Shown: piece after piece, positions 27,450 through 37,229 of the stretch
Layout: the number at the start of each line of letters is the position of its first letter
Position numbering within the stretch: the first letter of the stretch is position 1
Source: Candidatus Woesearchaeota archaeon CG10_big_fil_rev_8_21_14_0_10_44_13
GTDB taxonomy: Archaea; Nanobdellota; Nanobdellia; Woesearchaeales; UBA12501
NCBI GenBank assembly: GCA_002762985.1
Contig: PCXZ01000030.1
Span: forward strand, 80,399 to 144,398
Length of the DNA stretch: 64,000 nucleotides
Reading direction: 5' to 3'
Translations under genes and position numbers: made by a program
Notes under the pieces: model-generated
What the model was told of the DNA's origin: nothing
The model's database searches: none
What the model saw: the letters and a program-made list of their open reading frames with translations, nothing else

Positions 27450-29222
27450 ATGAGGATAATAGGGATCCACGATGGGCATAATGCGACAGCGTGCCTGCTT
27501 GAGGATGGAGAACTGAAGGACTGCATAAGTGAAGAGAGATTCACGCAGTTCAAGAACCAGCCTGGATTCCCGAAGAATGCAGCAAGATGGATAATGGAGA
27601 AGAACGGCCTTTCTGCGGATGAAATTGATTTTGTCGCCCTGTCCTCATTCCTCATGAATGATGTGGAACACTACAAAAAATCCCAGACAATGGGCAATCA
27701 ACTCTTTGAAAAAAGGGCCTATATCCTCAAACCAGGCATTCTTAGGAGCGCAATGATAAATTCAGGGGCCTACGGCATCGCAAAGAAGGTTTTTGACAGG
27801 TATTATTACACACCAAAAAGGGATATAATGTATAAAGCCCTCCTTGAGAAAAGAAAGGAGGAGATATGCAGGAACATCGGCATAAACAAGGAGAGGATAA
27901 TAGTCGTTGACCACCATGCCGCCCATGCTTCTGCATCGTATTATGGCTCTTACTTCAATGATGAAGATTCTCTTATATTCACTGCAGACGCTTACGGCGA
28001 TTATGCCTCTGCAACAGTCTCCATAGGCAGCAAGGGCAGGATAAGGAAGGTATCATCAACAACAGACATGTCTTTGGGGGATTTCTATTCCGCAGTCACG
28101 AGGTTCCTCGGCCTCAAGGTATGGGAGCACGAGTACAAGGTCATGGGCCTTGCAGCATACTGTAAGGACAAGGATGTCATGGAGATTTATGGCATTCTCA
28201 GAGGGATGATCGAACTGTCAAAAAAAGACCTGAAATTCCGCAAAAAAGTGGTGGATTCCTATTACACCCATATGAAAAATGTCCTTGTAGGTTATAGGTT
28301 CGACTGGATAGCAGGCGCTGCACAGAAGCTTACAGAAGACCTTGTGACTGAATGGGTCAGGGAAGCCATAAAGAGGTACAAGATAAGGAATGTCTGCGGC
28401 GGTGGCGGATGTTTCATGAATGTCAAGGTGAACAAGAAGATAATCGAGATGCCTGAAGTAAAGAAATTTTTTGCGATACCCAGCTCAGGAGATGAATCCA
28501 CATGCATAGGCGCGGTATATTTCGTCCATGCAGAAAAAGACAAGTTGGGGGTGAAGCCTTTCTTCTCGCCTTATCTTGGAATTTCTTATGACAAGGATTA
28601 CATAAAGAGAGTAATAGAAAAGAAGAACCTGAAAAAGAGATTCAGGATCACATTTGAGGAGGATATGGAGAAGAAGGTCGCAAGCCTGCTTGCGAAAGGG
28701 AATGTTGTCGCGAGATTCAGGGGGAGATGCGAATACGGCGCCAGGGCCCTTGGAAACAGGAGCATACTTGCAGACGCCTCGAACTTTGCAGTGATCCCGG
28801 AGATAAACAAGATGATAAAGATGAGGGATTTCTGGATGCCCTTTGCATGCTCGATCATGGCTGAGAGGGCAAGCAAGTACCTCATAAACCCGAAGAATGT
28901 GCCTTTATCATACATGGTGATAGCCTGCGACACTGTGAATAAGAACAGGAACGACATACTTGCCGGAACCCACCAGTTCGACAAGACAGCAAGGCCTCAG
29001 GTGGTCTCCAAAGAGATGAACGAGAGCTACCACAGGCTGATAGCCGAGTTTGAGAAACTCACAGGAAGAGGCGGTGTCCTTAACACATCATTCAATATCC
29101 ATGGCAAGCCCCTTGTATGCTCTCCTGAAGATGCAATAAATACGATGGAGAACTCCGGCCTGGATTACCTTGCGATGGAAGATTACCTTTTCGAGAAGAT
29201 CAACAAAGACAAGGAAGAATGA
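27450..29222 (+). CDS. Carbamoyltransferase, NodU/CmcH family
   Basis: 590 aa with an 'MRIIGIHDGHNATACLLEDGEL' N-terminus (Carbam_trans_N) and a conserved C-terminal domain. This is an O-carbamoylation enzyme family. Confidence 0.75.
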   Translation: MRIIGIHDGHNATACLLEDGELKDCISEERFTQFKNQPGFPKNAARWIMEKNGLSADEIDFVALSSFLMNDVEHYKKSQTMGNQLFEKRAYILKPGILRSAMINSGAYGIAKKVFDRYYYTPKRDIMYKALLEKRKEEICRNIGINKERIIVVDHHAAHASASYYGSYFNDEDSLIFTADAYGDYASATVSIGSKGRIRKVSSTTDMSLGDFYSAVTRFLGLKVWEHEYKVMGLAAYCKDKDVMEIYGILRGMIELSKKDLKFRKKVVDSYYTHMKNVLVGYRFDWIAGAAQKLTEDLVTEWVREAIKRYKIRNVCGGGGCFMNVKVNKKIIEMPEVKKFFAIPSSGDESTCIGAVYFVHAEKDKLGVKPFFSPYLGISYDKDYIKRVIEKKNLKKRFRITFEEDMEKKVASLLAKGNVVARFRGRCEYGARALGNRSILADASNFAVIPEINKMIKMRDFWMPFACSIMAERASKYLINPKNVPLSYMVIACDTVNKNRNDILAGTHQFDKTARPQVVSKEMNESYHRLIAEFEKLTGRGGVLNTSFNIHGKPLVCSPEDAINTMENSGLDYLAMEDYLFEKINKDKEE

Positions 29223-29255
29223 TGCGCCCAATGAAGGGTTATTTATGTTAGTTTT

Positions 29256-30479
29256 GTGTTGCTGAGAGGTGCAAAAATCACAACAGTGGATGATGTCCGT
29301 TATTTCATAGATAAGAGGAAGTGGGAAAATCATAGAGGGCCGCCTCCTGGCCATCCCTGCGCTGATCCTAAGCTGAAAAACACCGCAAAGTGCAGGAGGA
29401 CCATTGAACTCTTTAATTCTGCCGTGACATATGACATAAAGAAGAATGTGGACAGGAAAGAGAGCGTAAGATGCCTGACAGGCATGCAGAAGGCAGACCT
29501 TAAGAGGAAAGACAAGCTTAAGATACTACATATCGGCACAGGCACATTGATCCAGAATGTCTACAGGGACCTGCAGCAGAAAGACGGGAATGTGAGCCAT
29601 GTCATGGTGCATACGACGACTGCAAAAAAAGGGGGCTATGACATGAACCTGAGCATGAGCCCTTATGAGTTCGGGTGGGGCCATAACATAAAGTCTATAT
29701 TGGCGAACACATTCAACGGCAACTTCAGGGATCTGTTAAGGTATGATGTATACCACATACATCATGATGCATTCTTATTGCCCAGCAAGAAGGATATAGC
29801 GTGGCTTAAATACAAGTTCAAGAAAAAGGTCCTTCTCGACTGGAGGGGTCAGGGAGTGAGGGTCTGGGGCTTCAACTGCATCCCCTGGCTAAGCAAGATA
29901 AGGCAGATATGCTCCAGCCCTGACCTGCTTGATTTCCAGGAGTATGAGGGGCAATTCGAATGGCTTCCTTTCGGCATTGACATTGGCTATTTTAACAGGA
30001 TAAAAACAACGAGCGACGAGGATAATCCGCTGATAATGCACGCTACTGCGAACTGGAAGATAAAAGGCACGGATCATGTGCTGAAAGCTGTTGATGAGCT
30101 CAAGAAGGAAGGTTATAAGTTCAGGTTCCTGCTCAATGACAAGGTGCCTTATGAGACGACTGTAAAGAATTACGCAAAGAGTGATATAGTCGTTGATTGG
30201 ATAAATCCGATCTATGGGATATATGGGACTGTATCCATAGAGAGCATGGCCCTCGGCAAGGCATGCTGCGCATCGCTCAACCCTAAATATGACAGGTATC
30301 TGCCTGGCTGCCCTGTTGTCAACTGCAGCCCAAAAGATTTAAAAGAAAAGCTCATTTATCTCATAGAAAACCCTTCTGAAAGGAAAAGGATAGGAAAAGA
30401 GGGGAAAGAATATGTAAGGAAGATGCATGATATAAAAAAGATAAAAGACAAGTTATATGATATATATGACGAATGCTGA
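29256..30479 (+). CDS. GT-B fold glycosyltransferase-like protein (GT4-like C-terminus)
   Basis: 'LIMHATANWKIKGTDHVLKAV...ESMALGKACCAS' resembles the GT4 C-terminal domain. The real start may be the ATG at 29484 (MQKADLK...). Confidence 0.4.
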   Translation: MLLRGAKITTVDDVRYFIDKRKWENHRGPPPGHPCADPKLKNTAKCRRTIELFNSAVTYDIKKNVDRKESVRCLTGMQKADLKRKDKLKILHIGTGTLIQNVYRDLQQKDGNVSHVMVHTTTAKKGGYDMNLSMSPYEFGWGHNIKSILANTFNGNFRDLLRYDVYHIHHDAFLLPSKKDIAWLKYKFKKKVLLDWRGQGVRVWGFNCIPWLSKIRQICSSPDLLDFQEYEGQFEWLPFGIDIGYFNRIKTTSDEDNPLIMHATANWKIKGTDHVLKAVDELKKEGYKFRFLLNDKVPYETTVKNYAKSDIVVDWINPIYGIYGTVSIESMALGKACCASLNPKYDRYLPGCPVVNCSPKDLKEKLIYLIENPSERKRIGKEGKEYVRKMHDIKKIKDKLYDIYDEC

Positions 30480-30901
30480 ATGATATTGCAGCTAAGGTGT
30501 TACCCATGGAAGAAAGATTCAAAAAATGGAAAAAACCGGCCATAAAAGACGGAAAACCGACAAAATGGAACTGGATAGTGAGGCACCCTGACGGTCTTGT
30601 CCTTGGGAAAAAGACAGACATAGGCGCATTCACATACATAAATGCTGCATATGGCGTTGAAATAGGGAATGATGTGCAGATAGGCTCGCACTGCTCAATA
30701 TACTCGATTAGCACTATTGACGATAAAAAAGGGAAGGTTGTACTGAAAAAAAATTGCAGGATAGGGTCCCACAGCGTGATTATGCCTGGTGTCACAATAG
30801 GCGAGAATTCAGTCATAGGCGCTTTCAGTTTTGTGAATAAAGATGTGCCTCCCGGTTGTGTCGCTTTCGGCATCCCTGCAAAAGTGAAGGGGAAAAGATG
30901 A
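30473..30901 (+). CDS. Hexapeptide-repeat (LβH) sugar acetyltransferase
   Basis: Repeated [LIV]-G-x-x-x-x-I hexapeptides: 'IGNDVQIGSHCSI', 'IGSHSVIMPGVTIGENSVIGAFSFV'. An alternative start is at 30506. Confidence 0.7.
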   Translation: MLNDIAAKVLPMEERFKKWKKPAIKDGKPTKWNWIVRHPDGLVLGKKTDIGAFTYINAAYGVEIGNDVQIGSHCSIYSISTIDDKKGKVVLKKNCRIGSHSVIMPGVTIGENSVIGAFSFVNKDVPPGCVAFGIPAKVKGKR

Positions 30902-30961
30902 AGCCTGTGATGGATGAAGCGCAAATGATACCAACATATTCAAGAATGGTGAAAAGAAAAG

Positions 30962-31684
30962 GTGAGCGTCATGGATAAGATGAAGATAGTATCTATAATC
31001 CCTGCAAGGGGCGGCTCAAAAGGGATACCGAGGAAGAACATAAAGCTGCTGGCAGGAAAACCGCTGATTGCGCATACGATTGAGCAGTCTGTGAATTCAA
31101 AGCTTGTCTCGAGGACGATTGTCTCGACAGACGATAAGGAGATAGCAGACATCTCAAAAAAATACGGCGCTGAAGTGGTAATCAGGCCCGCAGAGCTCGC
31201 TGTCGACACTGCGCCTTCAGAGCCGACGATAATCCATGTCCTTGACACGCTGAAAGAGAAGGAAGGGTGGGTGCCTGATTTCGTCGTCTTCCTACAATGC
31301 ACATCCCCCCTGAGGAAGAAAAAAGACATAGACAATGCCATACAGAAGCTCATTGATGAGAAAGCCGATTCGCTGCTGAGCGTCTGCAACAATCATGCAT
31401 TCATATGGAAATTCGACAAGAATAAAGGTACTGCGGTCTCTGTCAATTATGATTATAAGCACAGGCCCAGAAGGCAGGATCGCGAGCCTGAGTACAAGGA
31501 GAACGGCTCGATATATGTGACAAGGCCTGAGATATGGAGAAAGGAGAACAACAGGCTCGGAAGGAAGATAGCCCTGCATGTCATGGAAGTTGATGACTCA
31601 TGGGAGATAGACGACCCTTTCGATTTCTGGCTGATAGAACAGGTGATCAACCACAGGAAAAAATCAGGGAATCCGGAGTATTGA
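30962..31684 (+). CDS. Acylneuraminate (nonulosonic acid) cytidylyltransferase, NeuA/LegF/PseF family
   Basis: 'IIPARGGSKGIPRKNIKLLAGKPLI' is the CMP-NeuAc synthetase signature. Confidence 0.8.
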   Translation: MSVMDKMKIVSIIPARGGSKGIPRKNIKLLAGKPLIAHTIEQSVNSKLVSRTIVSTDDKEIADISKKYGAEVVIRPAELAVDTAPSEPTIIHVLDTLKEKEGWVPDFVVFLQCTSPLRKKKDIDNAIQKLIDEKADSLLSVCNNHAFIWKFDKNKGTAVSVNYDYKHRPRRQDREPEYKENGSIYVTRPEIWRKENNRLGRKIALHVMEVDDSWEIDDPFDFWLIEQVINHRKKSGNPEY

Positions 31685-31699
31685 GGAGGTTCATCCAGA

Positions 31700-32020
31700 A
31701 TGGTGATCGTAGGCAAGGCAAAAACCAAAAAGTATGAAATAATTGAAGTAGGGATTAAGGATAAGAAGAACAGAGCAGAGATGCATGAGAAGGCAGATGA
31801 CATCTATTTTGTCCTTGGCGGTAGCGCAAGGCTTACGCTTGGCGGAAGGATTGTGAAAAAAATCAGGAAAAGCGCCGGCGAGTACCGCGGTGATAGGATA
31901 GCAGGCGGCAAGACAAGGCTGTTAAAGAAAGGTGAGATCATCTCCATCCCAAGGAGAACACCTCATATGATGGACGCCAGGAAACGCAAGATAGGGTATG
32001 TCGTTGTGAAGGTGCATTGA
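31700..32020 (+). CDS. Cupin-domain small protein
   Basis: 106 aa. A β-rich segment ('DIYFVLGGSARLTLGG...GEIISIPRRTPH') has a cupin-like pattern. Confidence 0.35.
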   Translation: MVIVGKAKTKKYEIIEVGIKDKKNRAEMHEKADDIYFVLGGSARLTLGGRIVKKIRKSAGEYRGDRIAGGKTRLLKKGEIISIPRRTPHMMDARKRKIGYVVVKVH

Positions 32021-32107
32021 GGCTGTTTAAGGCAGGCAATCATAAACTCCCACTTAGTAGTCAATAACACAAAATTTATATATTTATTCTTTCGGCAAAT
32101 ATACAGG

Positions 32108-33244
32108 ATGACTCAAATAAATCTTTGGCAGCCCAATGATCACAGCATCTGGAGGGTAGGGTATGATCCTTTAAGTAATGATAATCCTGAGTCCAAAACA
32201 GTGGAAGATGTTGTCAACAAACATTATTCTGGGCATATATTCAAGCCTATTGAAGTGGAAAGGCTTATGGGCAAGGAAGGTGGCAGCAGCATCAATTACA
32301 AGGTCAAAGGAAAAGATGGGCCAGTCATCCACCTGAAAAACTTCCTGAGATTCAAATGCGATCCTGACCGGCTTAACAGGGAGATTGAGACACTGGATAG
32401 AGTGATAGCAGTGGCAGACCATCTCGTCGGAAGGGGCATAAAAACTTTCACATTCATAGAGGCAAAAGATGGTAGGAGATATGTACGTGAAGGCGATTCC
32501 CAATGGATGGCATCTATATTCATAGAAGGCGACCATTACAAGGGGACACTCCCTCAGCTGCAGCAGTTTGCAAAAGAGCTTGGAAGAATAGATAAAAGTA
32601 TGCAAAGTTTTCAGAATGCGATTGACAGCGAATATGTTGAAATCCCTTTCAAACCTGAAATCCTGAGGGAGCTTAAAGACCTGAATAAAAAAGCCATGTC
32701 CGAAAATCCAAGCGAGATGGATCATCTTGCGCAGACGGTCATAAATGAGATACTTGAACCCATGCTGCAGGGGATTGTTGAAGGAGTAAAAAGGTATTCA
32801 TTTGAACCGGGAATTACTGTCGGAAACATCCATCCTCATCATACTCTATATGAAGGCGATGACCTCAAAGCAGTCTCAGATCCTGAAAAAGCAAGCTTTG
32901 GTTATCCCGTTATTGAACAGATAAGTTTCAGTGCGCACAGGTTCATAAGGCAGGCGATTGTCTATATGTTCACCTGCCATGGCGTTGAACCAAACAAAGA
33001 AGAGATAAAAAGGCTTATGGACGGCTTCATTAAAGGTTATATCAAGGAGAATAATCTGTCAGCCAAAGAGATTGAAGCGATCCCATTGATGATAGCAAAA
33101 ACAAATGCCCACAAGGCATTGAGGATTCTCCAGTATCATTATGGCCTTGAAATAGACACAATGGGGAGGCCCGTGGAAAAGCTGCAGTCTGAGCTTTACA
33201 AATTCGCTACCCATATCCGTGAAGCAGAACATTTTAAGGTCTAA
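32108..33244 (+). CDS. Hypothetical protein, possibly a kinase-like (APH/ChoK-fold) phosphotransferase
   Basis: 378 aa. 'GNIHPHHTLYEGDDL...DPE' weakly resembles the APH catalytic loop and DxE motif. It lies inside the nonulosonic-acid module. Confidence 0.2.
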   Translation: MTQINLWQPNDHSIWRVGYDPLSNDNPESKTVEDVVNKHYSGHIFKPIEVERLMGKEGGSSINYKVKGKDGPVIHLKNFLRFKCDPDRLNREIETLDRVIAVADHLVGRGIKTFTFIEAKDGRRYVREGDSQWMASIFIEGDHYKGTLPQLQQFAKELGRIDKSMQSFQNAIDSEYVEIPFKPEILRELKDLNKKAMSENPSEMDHLAQTVINEILEPMLQGIVEGVKRYSFEPGITVGNIHPHHTLYEGDDLKAVSDPEKASFGYPVIEQISFSAHRFIRQAIVYMFTCHGVEPNKEEIKRLMDGFIKGYIKENNLSAKEIEAIPLMIAKTNAHKALRILQYHYGLEIDTMGRPVEKLQSELYKFATHIREAEHFKV

Positions 33245-33284
33245 AAAACAAACTTTATAAACATCAAGATTGTCGAGTTTTCTT

Positions 33285-34334
33285 ATGACGCATAAAACCA
33301 TTAAAATAGGGGGTAAGCTTGTAGGAGAAGGCCAGCCTGTATTCATAATAGGGGATATAGGCATAAACCACCAGGGAGACATAAAGATAGCGAAGAAGCT
33401 CATAGATGTGGCATGCCTTGCAGAGATAGACTGCGTCAAGTTCCAGAAGAGGAATGCAAAGAAGATGCTAACCAGGGCAGGCCTTGAAAAGCCTTATGAA
33501 GGCCCTCATTCTTTCGGAAAGATTTATGGCGAGCATAGGGATGCCCTTGAGCTGAGCGAAAATGATTACAAGGAGCTCAAGAGATACTGCGATGAGAAAG
33601 GGATCATGATGTCTGCAAGCGTCTGGGATGAGGACAGCGCTGAATTCATAAACAGCCTTGGCGTCCCGTGCGTGAAGATAGGGTCAGGCGACATGACTAA
33701 CCTGCCTATGCTTGAGAAGGTCGCAAAATTCGGCAAACCCATATTCTTATCGACAGGCATGGCGACAATGGAGGAGATTGAAGAATCAGTGAGGCACATA
33801 GAGAAATGGAACAAGCAGATAATACTCCTGCACTGCGTATCGACATATCCTTCAAAATTCGAAGAACTTAATCTGAGAGCCATGGAATCCCTGAAAAAGT
33901 TCGGATATCCTGTAGGCTACTCGGGCCATGAATTGGGCATAGCGATAAGCCTTGCTGTTGCAGTGATGGGTGCATGCGTCGTCGAGAGGCACTTCACGCT
34001 TGACAGGACCATGAAAGGAGGGGACCATGCTGCAAGCCTTGAGCCTGAAGGCCTTAGGAAGCTTGTGAGGGACATACGGGCATGGGAAAAATCCCTCGGC
34101 TCGGGAAAGAAGGCTGTGCTCGACTCAGAAAAACCTATCGCTCTGAAGCTCAGGAAGAGCATTGCCTCGACAAGGGCCATAAAGAAAGGGACTGTGATAA
34201 CGAAAGAGATGCTCACAACAAAAAGCCCAGGTGACGGCCTTGCGCCGAAATATTACTACACCCTACCGGGAAAGAAGGCAGCAAGAGACATTCCTGAAGA
34301 TGTGACCATCAAGAAAGAAGATATAGAATGGTGA
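33285..34334 (+). CDS. neuB: N-acetylneuraminate / legionaminic / pseudaminic acid synthase family (NeuB-like) with C-terminal SAF domain
   Basis: The NeuB TIM-barrel ('VKFQK', 'VKIGSGD', 'HCVSTYP', 'GYSGHELG') is followed by an SAF/antifreeze-like domain. The ORF track TTG is at 33270, but the ATG at 33285 follows a TATA box. Confidence 0.85.
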   Translation: MTHKTIKIGGKLVGEGQPVFIIGDIGINHQGDIKIAKKLIDVACLAEIDCVKFQKRNAKKMLTRAGLEKPYEGPHSFGKIYGEHRDALELSENDYKELKRYCDEKGIMMSASVWDEDSAEFINSLGVPCVKIGSGDMTNLPMLEKVAKFGKPIFLSTGMATMEEIEESVRHIEKWNKQIILLHCVSTYPSKFEELNLRAMESLKKFGYPVGYSGHELGIAISLAVAVMGACVVERHFTLDRTMKGGDHAASLEPEGLRKLVRDIRAWEKSLGSGKKAVLDSEKPIALKLRKSIASTRAIKKGTVITKEMLTTKSPGDGLAPKYYYTLPGKKAARDIPEDVTIKKEDIEW

Positions 34335-34414
34335 GCATTGGATAGATTAAGTTATTCTTAAACATTAAAAATGTATATTAAATATTTTTCTTGAACTTAT
34401 AAGATATTACATTG

Positions 34415-35911
34415 TCATAATGATGATTTGATGAGGTCTTTAATCTCTTTTATATCTACTATCCTGAAAAGAAGCACGGTTATTATATAGAATATGCCTG
34501 CTGCAATAGAGCATATGAAGAACTCAGCCATGTCGCTGTAAGAGAGGTTTCTTTTGATAACCCAAACTGCTGCAATGAAGCTCATCCCTGCGATAAAGCT
34601 CTTCGCCCATGCCCAATATGGGATTTTTACGTCGATAAAATGCCTTATTTTCGCTGAAGACCAGATGAGGATTATGAGGTAGCTGAATAATGTCGTTGAT
34701 GCTGCTGCTATGATCCCGAATTTAGGTATGAATAGTATGTTAAGGACCAGATTGACCAAAGAAGCTACGATGATAATCTTTGTGCTCTCCCTGGGCTTGC
34801 CTATCCCTGAAAGGATATTGTTGTTTATGAAGCCGACATTGTAAAGGACCATTCCTATCGACAGGATCTGCAATGCTATGCTTCCGTTCACATAAGCCTG
34901 CCCGAAAAAGAATTTTATGATGAGCTTTGGGAAGGATATCATCACCATTGCCAGAGGCATTATCATCACAAAAGAGTATTTATGAAGGAGGGTTATCCCT
35001 ATCTTCAGCTTGTCTATCCTTCTCTTGGCCCAGAGCTCTGAGCTCAATGGCAGAAGGACTATCGCAAGGGAATTGGTGAAGTAGAGCAATAGCTTTGATG
35101 TTGGTATGGCTACATTATACCATCCTACCTCCTCGAGAGGCCTGAAATATGTCAGCACTAATGTATCTGTATAAGACAGTATGTACAGGCCAAAGAGACC
35201 CACAGTGAAGGAAAGCCCGAAATGCAAAAGTTTTTTCGAGAGATCAAAAGTGATCCTTGTTTTTGTCTTCAGGAACAATGGCCATGCCTTCAAAAAGAGA
35301 GGGATATATATCACGAAGAGGATGGCCTGTGAAAATAAGTAGGCTATCGAAGGCGATGCTGCTGTCTTGTCATAGATGAAAAGCACGTAAGTGGCAGAGA
35401 TTATCAATAACATCCTCAAAAACTCGTCGAGGGACAGGTAAACCATCTTCTGGAAGCCCTGTAGGGAGTAGATAAGGACCCGTTCCAGGGGCATTATGAA
35501 GAACATGAGCGCGAATATCCTTATGAAAAGGGAAGCAGAAGGCTCTTTGAAAAAGTTTATTGCGAGATAATCTGAAAGCAGGAATAGGATTGAGGAGATT
35601 ATGAAGGAACATACGAGCTGGAATCCCATCACAAAAACTATCGAACTCTTTATCTGCTGGTATTTCTTCTTTACATTGAACTCAGCTATATGTTTCACAA
35701 GAGCAGAACCGAGGCCGAAATCCCTGAATATGGCCATGAAACCGAATAATGAGAAGATTGAATAGAAAAGCCCGTATTCTGCGGGCGTAAGATTCCTTGC
35801 GAGCAATAGGCGCAGCAGATAGGCCAAAAAGGCGGCCAGCATGGACATTATGAATATGATCGCGCTTGAACGCACTGCCTTCTTCGTGTAGTGTGTTTTT
35901 TCCTTTCTCAT
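34415..35911 (-). CDS. wzx: Wzx-type oligosaccharide flippase (MOP/polysaccharide biosynthesis protein family)
   Basis: 498 aa with ~12-14 TM helices and a basic N-terminus. This is the typical 'polysaccharide biosynthesis protein' topology. Confidence 0.65.
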   Translation of the reverse strand: MRKEKTHYTKKAVRSSAIIFIMSMLAAFLAYLLRLLLARNLTPAEYGLFYSIFSLFGFMAIFRDFGLGSALVKHIAEFNVKKKYQQIKSSIVFVMGFQLVCSFIISSILFLLSDYLAINFFKEPSASLFIRIFALMFFIMPLERVLIYSLQGFQKMVYLSLDEFLRMLLIISATYVLFIYDKTAASPSIAYLFSQAILFVIYIPLFLKAWPLFLKTKTRITFDLSKKLLHFGLSFTVGLFGLYILSYTDTLVLTYFRPLEEVGWYNVAIPTSKLLLYFTNSLAIVLLPLSSELWAKRRIDKLKIGITLLHKYSFVMIMPLAMVMISFPKLIIKFFFGQAYVNGSIALQILSIGMVLYNVGFINNNILSGIGKPRESTKIIIVASLVNLVLNILFIPKFGIIAAASTTLFSYLIILIWSSAKIRHFIDVKIPYWAWAKSFIAGMSFIAAVWVIKRNLSYSDMAEFFICSIAAGIFYIITVLLFRIVDIKEIKDLIKSSL

Positions 35912-35956
35912 TTCATGGCTCCAGACAGATGATAAGATATCATAAAAAGATAAATT

Positions 35957-37144
35957 TCACTTTATGACCTTCCTTATCTCTGATGCATTCTCATGTATGC
36001 TTCTTACGCATGCTGAGACTTTCTTCACATCCTCGACGCTTAGATGGGAATATAGAGGAAGGCTCAAGACTTTTCTTGATACGTCGTTTGTCACAGGCAG
36101 CTTCGCATTGTAATGCCTGAACATGCCCCCATAACAAGGCTGCTCATGCAGAGGGGGATAGAAATATTTCCTTGCGATTATGTTCTCCTTTGCCAGCGCC
36201 TCAGCCAGCCTGTCCCTGTCAAGGCCGAACTCTTTTTCATCGATATATATCGAGAAATCCTTGAATGTGCTCCTCACTCCTTCCCTTATCTTCTGGTATT
36301 TTATGCCGGGGGTTCCCTTAAGCTCTTTCTTATAGATGTCTGCTAGCTTATTCCTGTTCAGGACATTCTTCTCTACCATCTGCAATGTCCTCAGGCCCAA
36401 AAGCCCGTTTATCTCGCTCATCCTTGCGCTCAATCCCCCATATTCGCATACAAGGGTGCCATTGTCGCCGTAAGTCCTGCCCAGCTTCATGAGCCTGGCT
36501 GTCTCATCATCATTTGTAGTTACCATACCTCCTTCTGCTGCAGTCACAAGCTTTGTAGGGCTCAGGCTGAAGCTTTCTGCATCGCCGAAATTGCCAACAT
36601 ACTCCTTTCCGACTTTTGAGCCGAATGCGTGGGCAGCGTCATAGATAAGCCTGAGATTATTGTCCCTTGCAATCTCACCAAGGGCTTTCACATCGCAAGG
36701 ATGCCCGAACAAGTGCACTCCGAGTATAAGGGAAGTTTTATCTGTGATTGCCTCATTGACAAGTTCAGGGTCAATCAGATAGCTTTCCGGGTCGACATCG
36801 ACGAACACTGGCTTTAGATTATTCCATATGACTGAATGGCCTGTGGCAGAGAATGTAAAGCTTGGGAGTATGACCTCACCTTTCAGCTTCATGGCTTTCA
36901 TCAGGAGCATCAGGCCTGAGGTGCATGAAGACAGCGCAACTGCATTTTTCACGCCTAAGACTGATCTTGTCTCTTTCTCGAATTCTGCGACATAAGTGCT
37001 GTTTGTTATCATTCCGCTTTCGAGTATCTTCCTTATACCCACAATGAGCCTGCTGAACTCAGGCATTGTCGGTTTTGTTATAGGCAGGATCTCGCTGAAT
37101 GCTGCCTTGCCGCCAAGAATCGCAGGTTTTTGTCCTTTAGCCAT
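35957..37144 (-). CDS. DegT/DnrJ/EryC1/StrS family PLP-dependent sugar aminotransferase
   Basis: 'FSLSPTKLVTAAEGGMV' is the PLP-Lys motif. It is 395 aa long. Confidence 0.8.
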   Translation of the reverse strand: MAKGQKPAILGGKAAFSEILPITKPTMPEFSRLIVGIRKILESGMITNSTYVAEFEKETRSVLGVKNAVALSSCTSGLMLLMKAMKLKGEVILPSFTFSATGHSVIWNNLKPVFVDVDPESYLIDPELVNEAITDKTSLILGVHLFGHPCDVKALGEIARDNNLRLIYDAAHAFGSKVGKEYVGNFGDAESFSLSPTKLVTAAEGGMVTTNDDETARLMKLGRTYGDNGTLVCEYGGLSARMSEINGLLGLRTLQMVEKNVLNRNKLADIYKKELKGTPGIKYQKIREGVRSTFKDFSIYIDEKEFGLDRDRLAEALAKENIIARKYFYPPLHEQPCYGGMFRHYNAKLPVTNDVSRKVLSLPLYSHLSVEDVKKVSACVRSIHENASEIRKVIK

Positions 37145-37229
37145 TGTTTTCCCCTCAGTTTTTGTTTTTTGGATTTTTCTGTTTTTGGATTTTCTTGAAA
37201 TTTGGTATGATCCGACATCTGATTGATAC

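Noticed and set aside
29256-29483. N-terminal 76 aa of the GT-B-like protein
   Set aside because: It is likely a translated upstream region. The conserved GT-B portion begins after the ATG at 29484. It is kept only as an alternative start.
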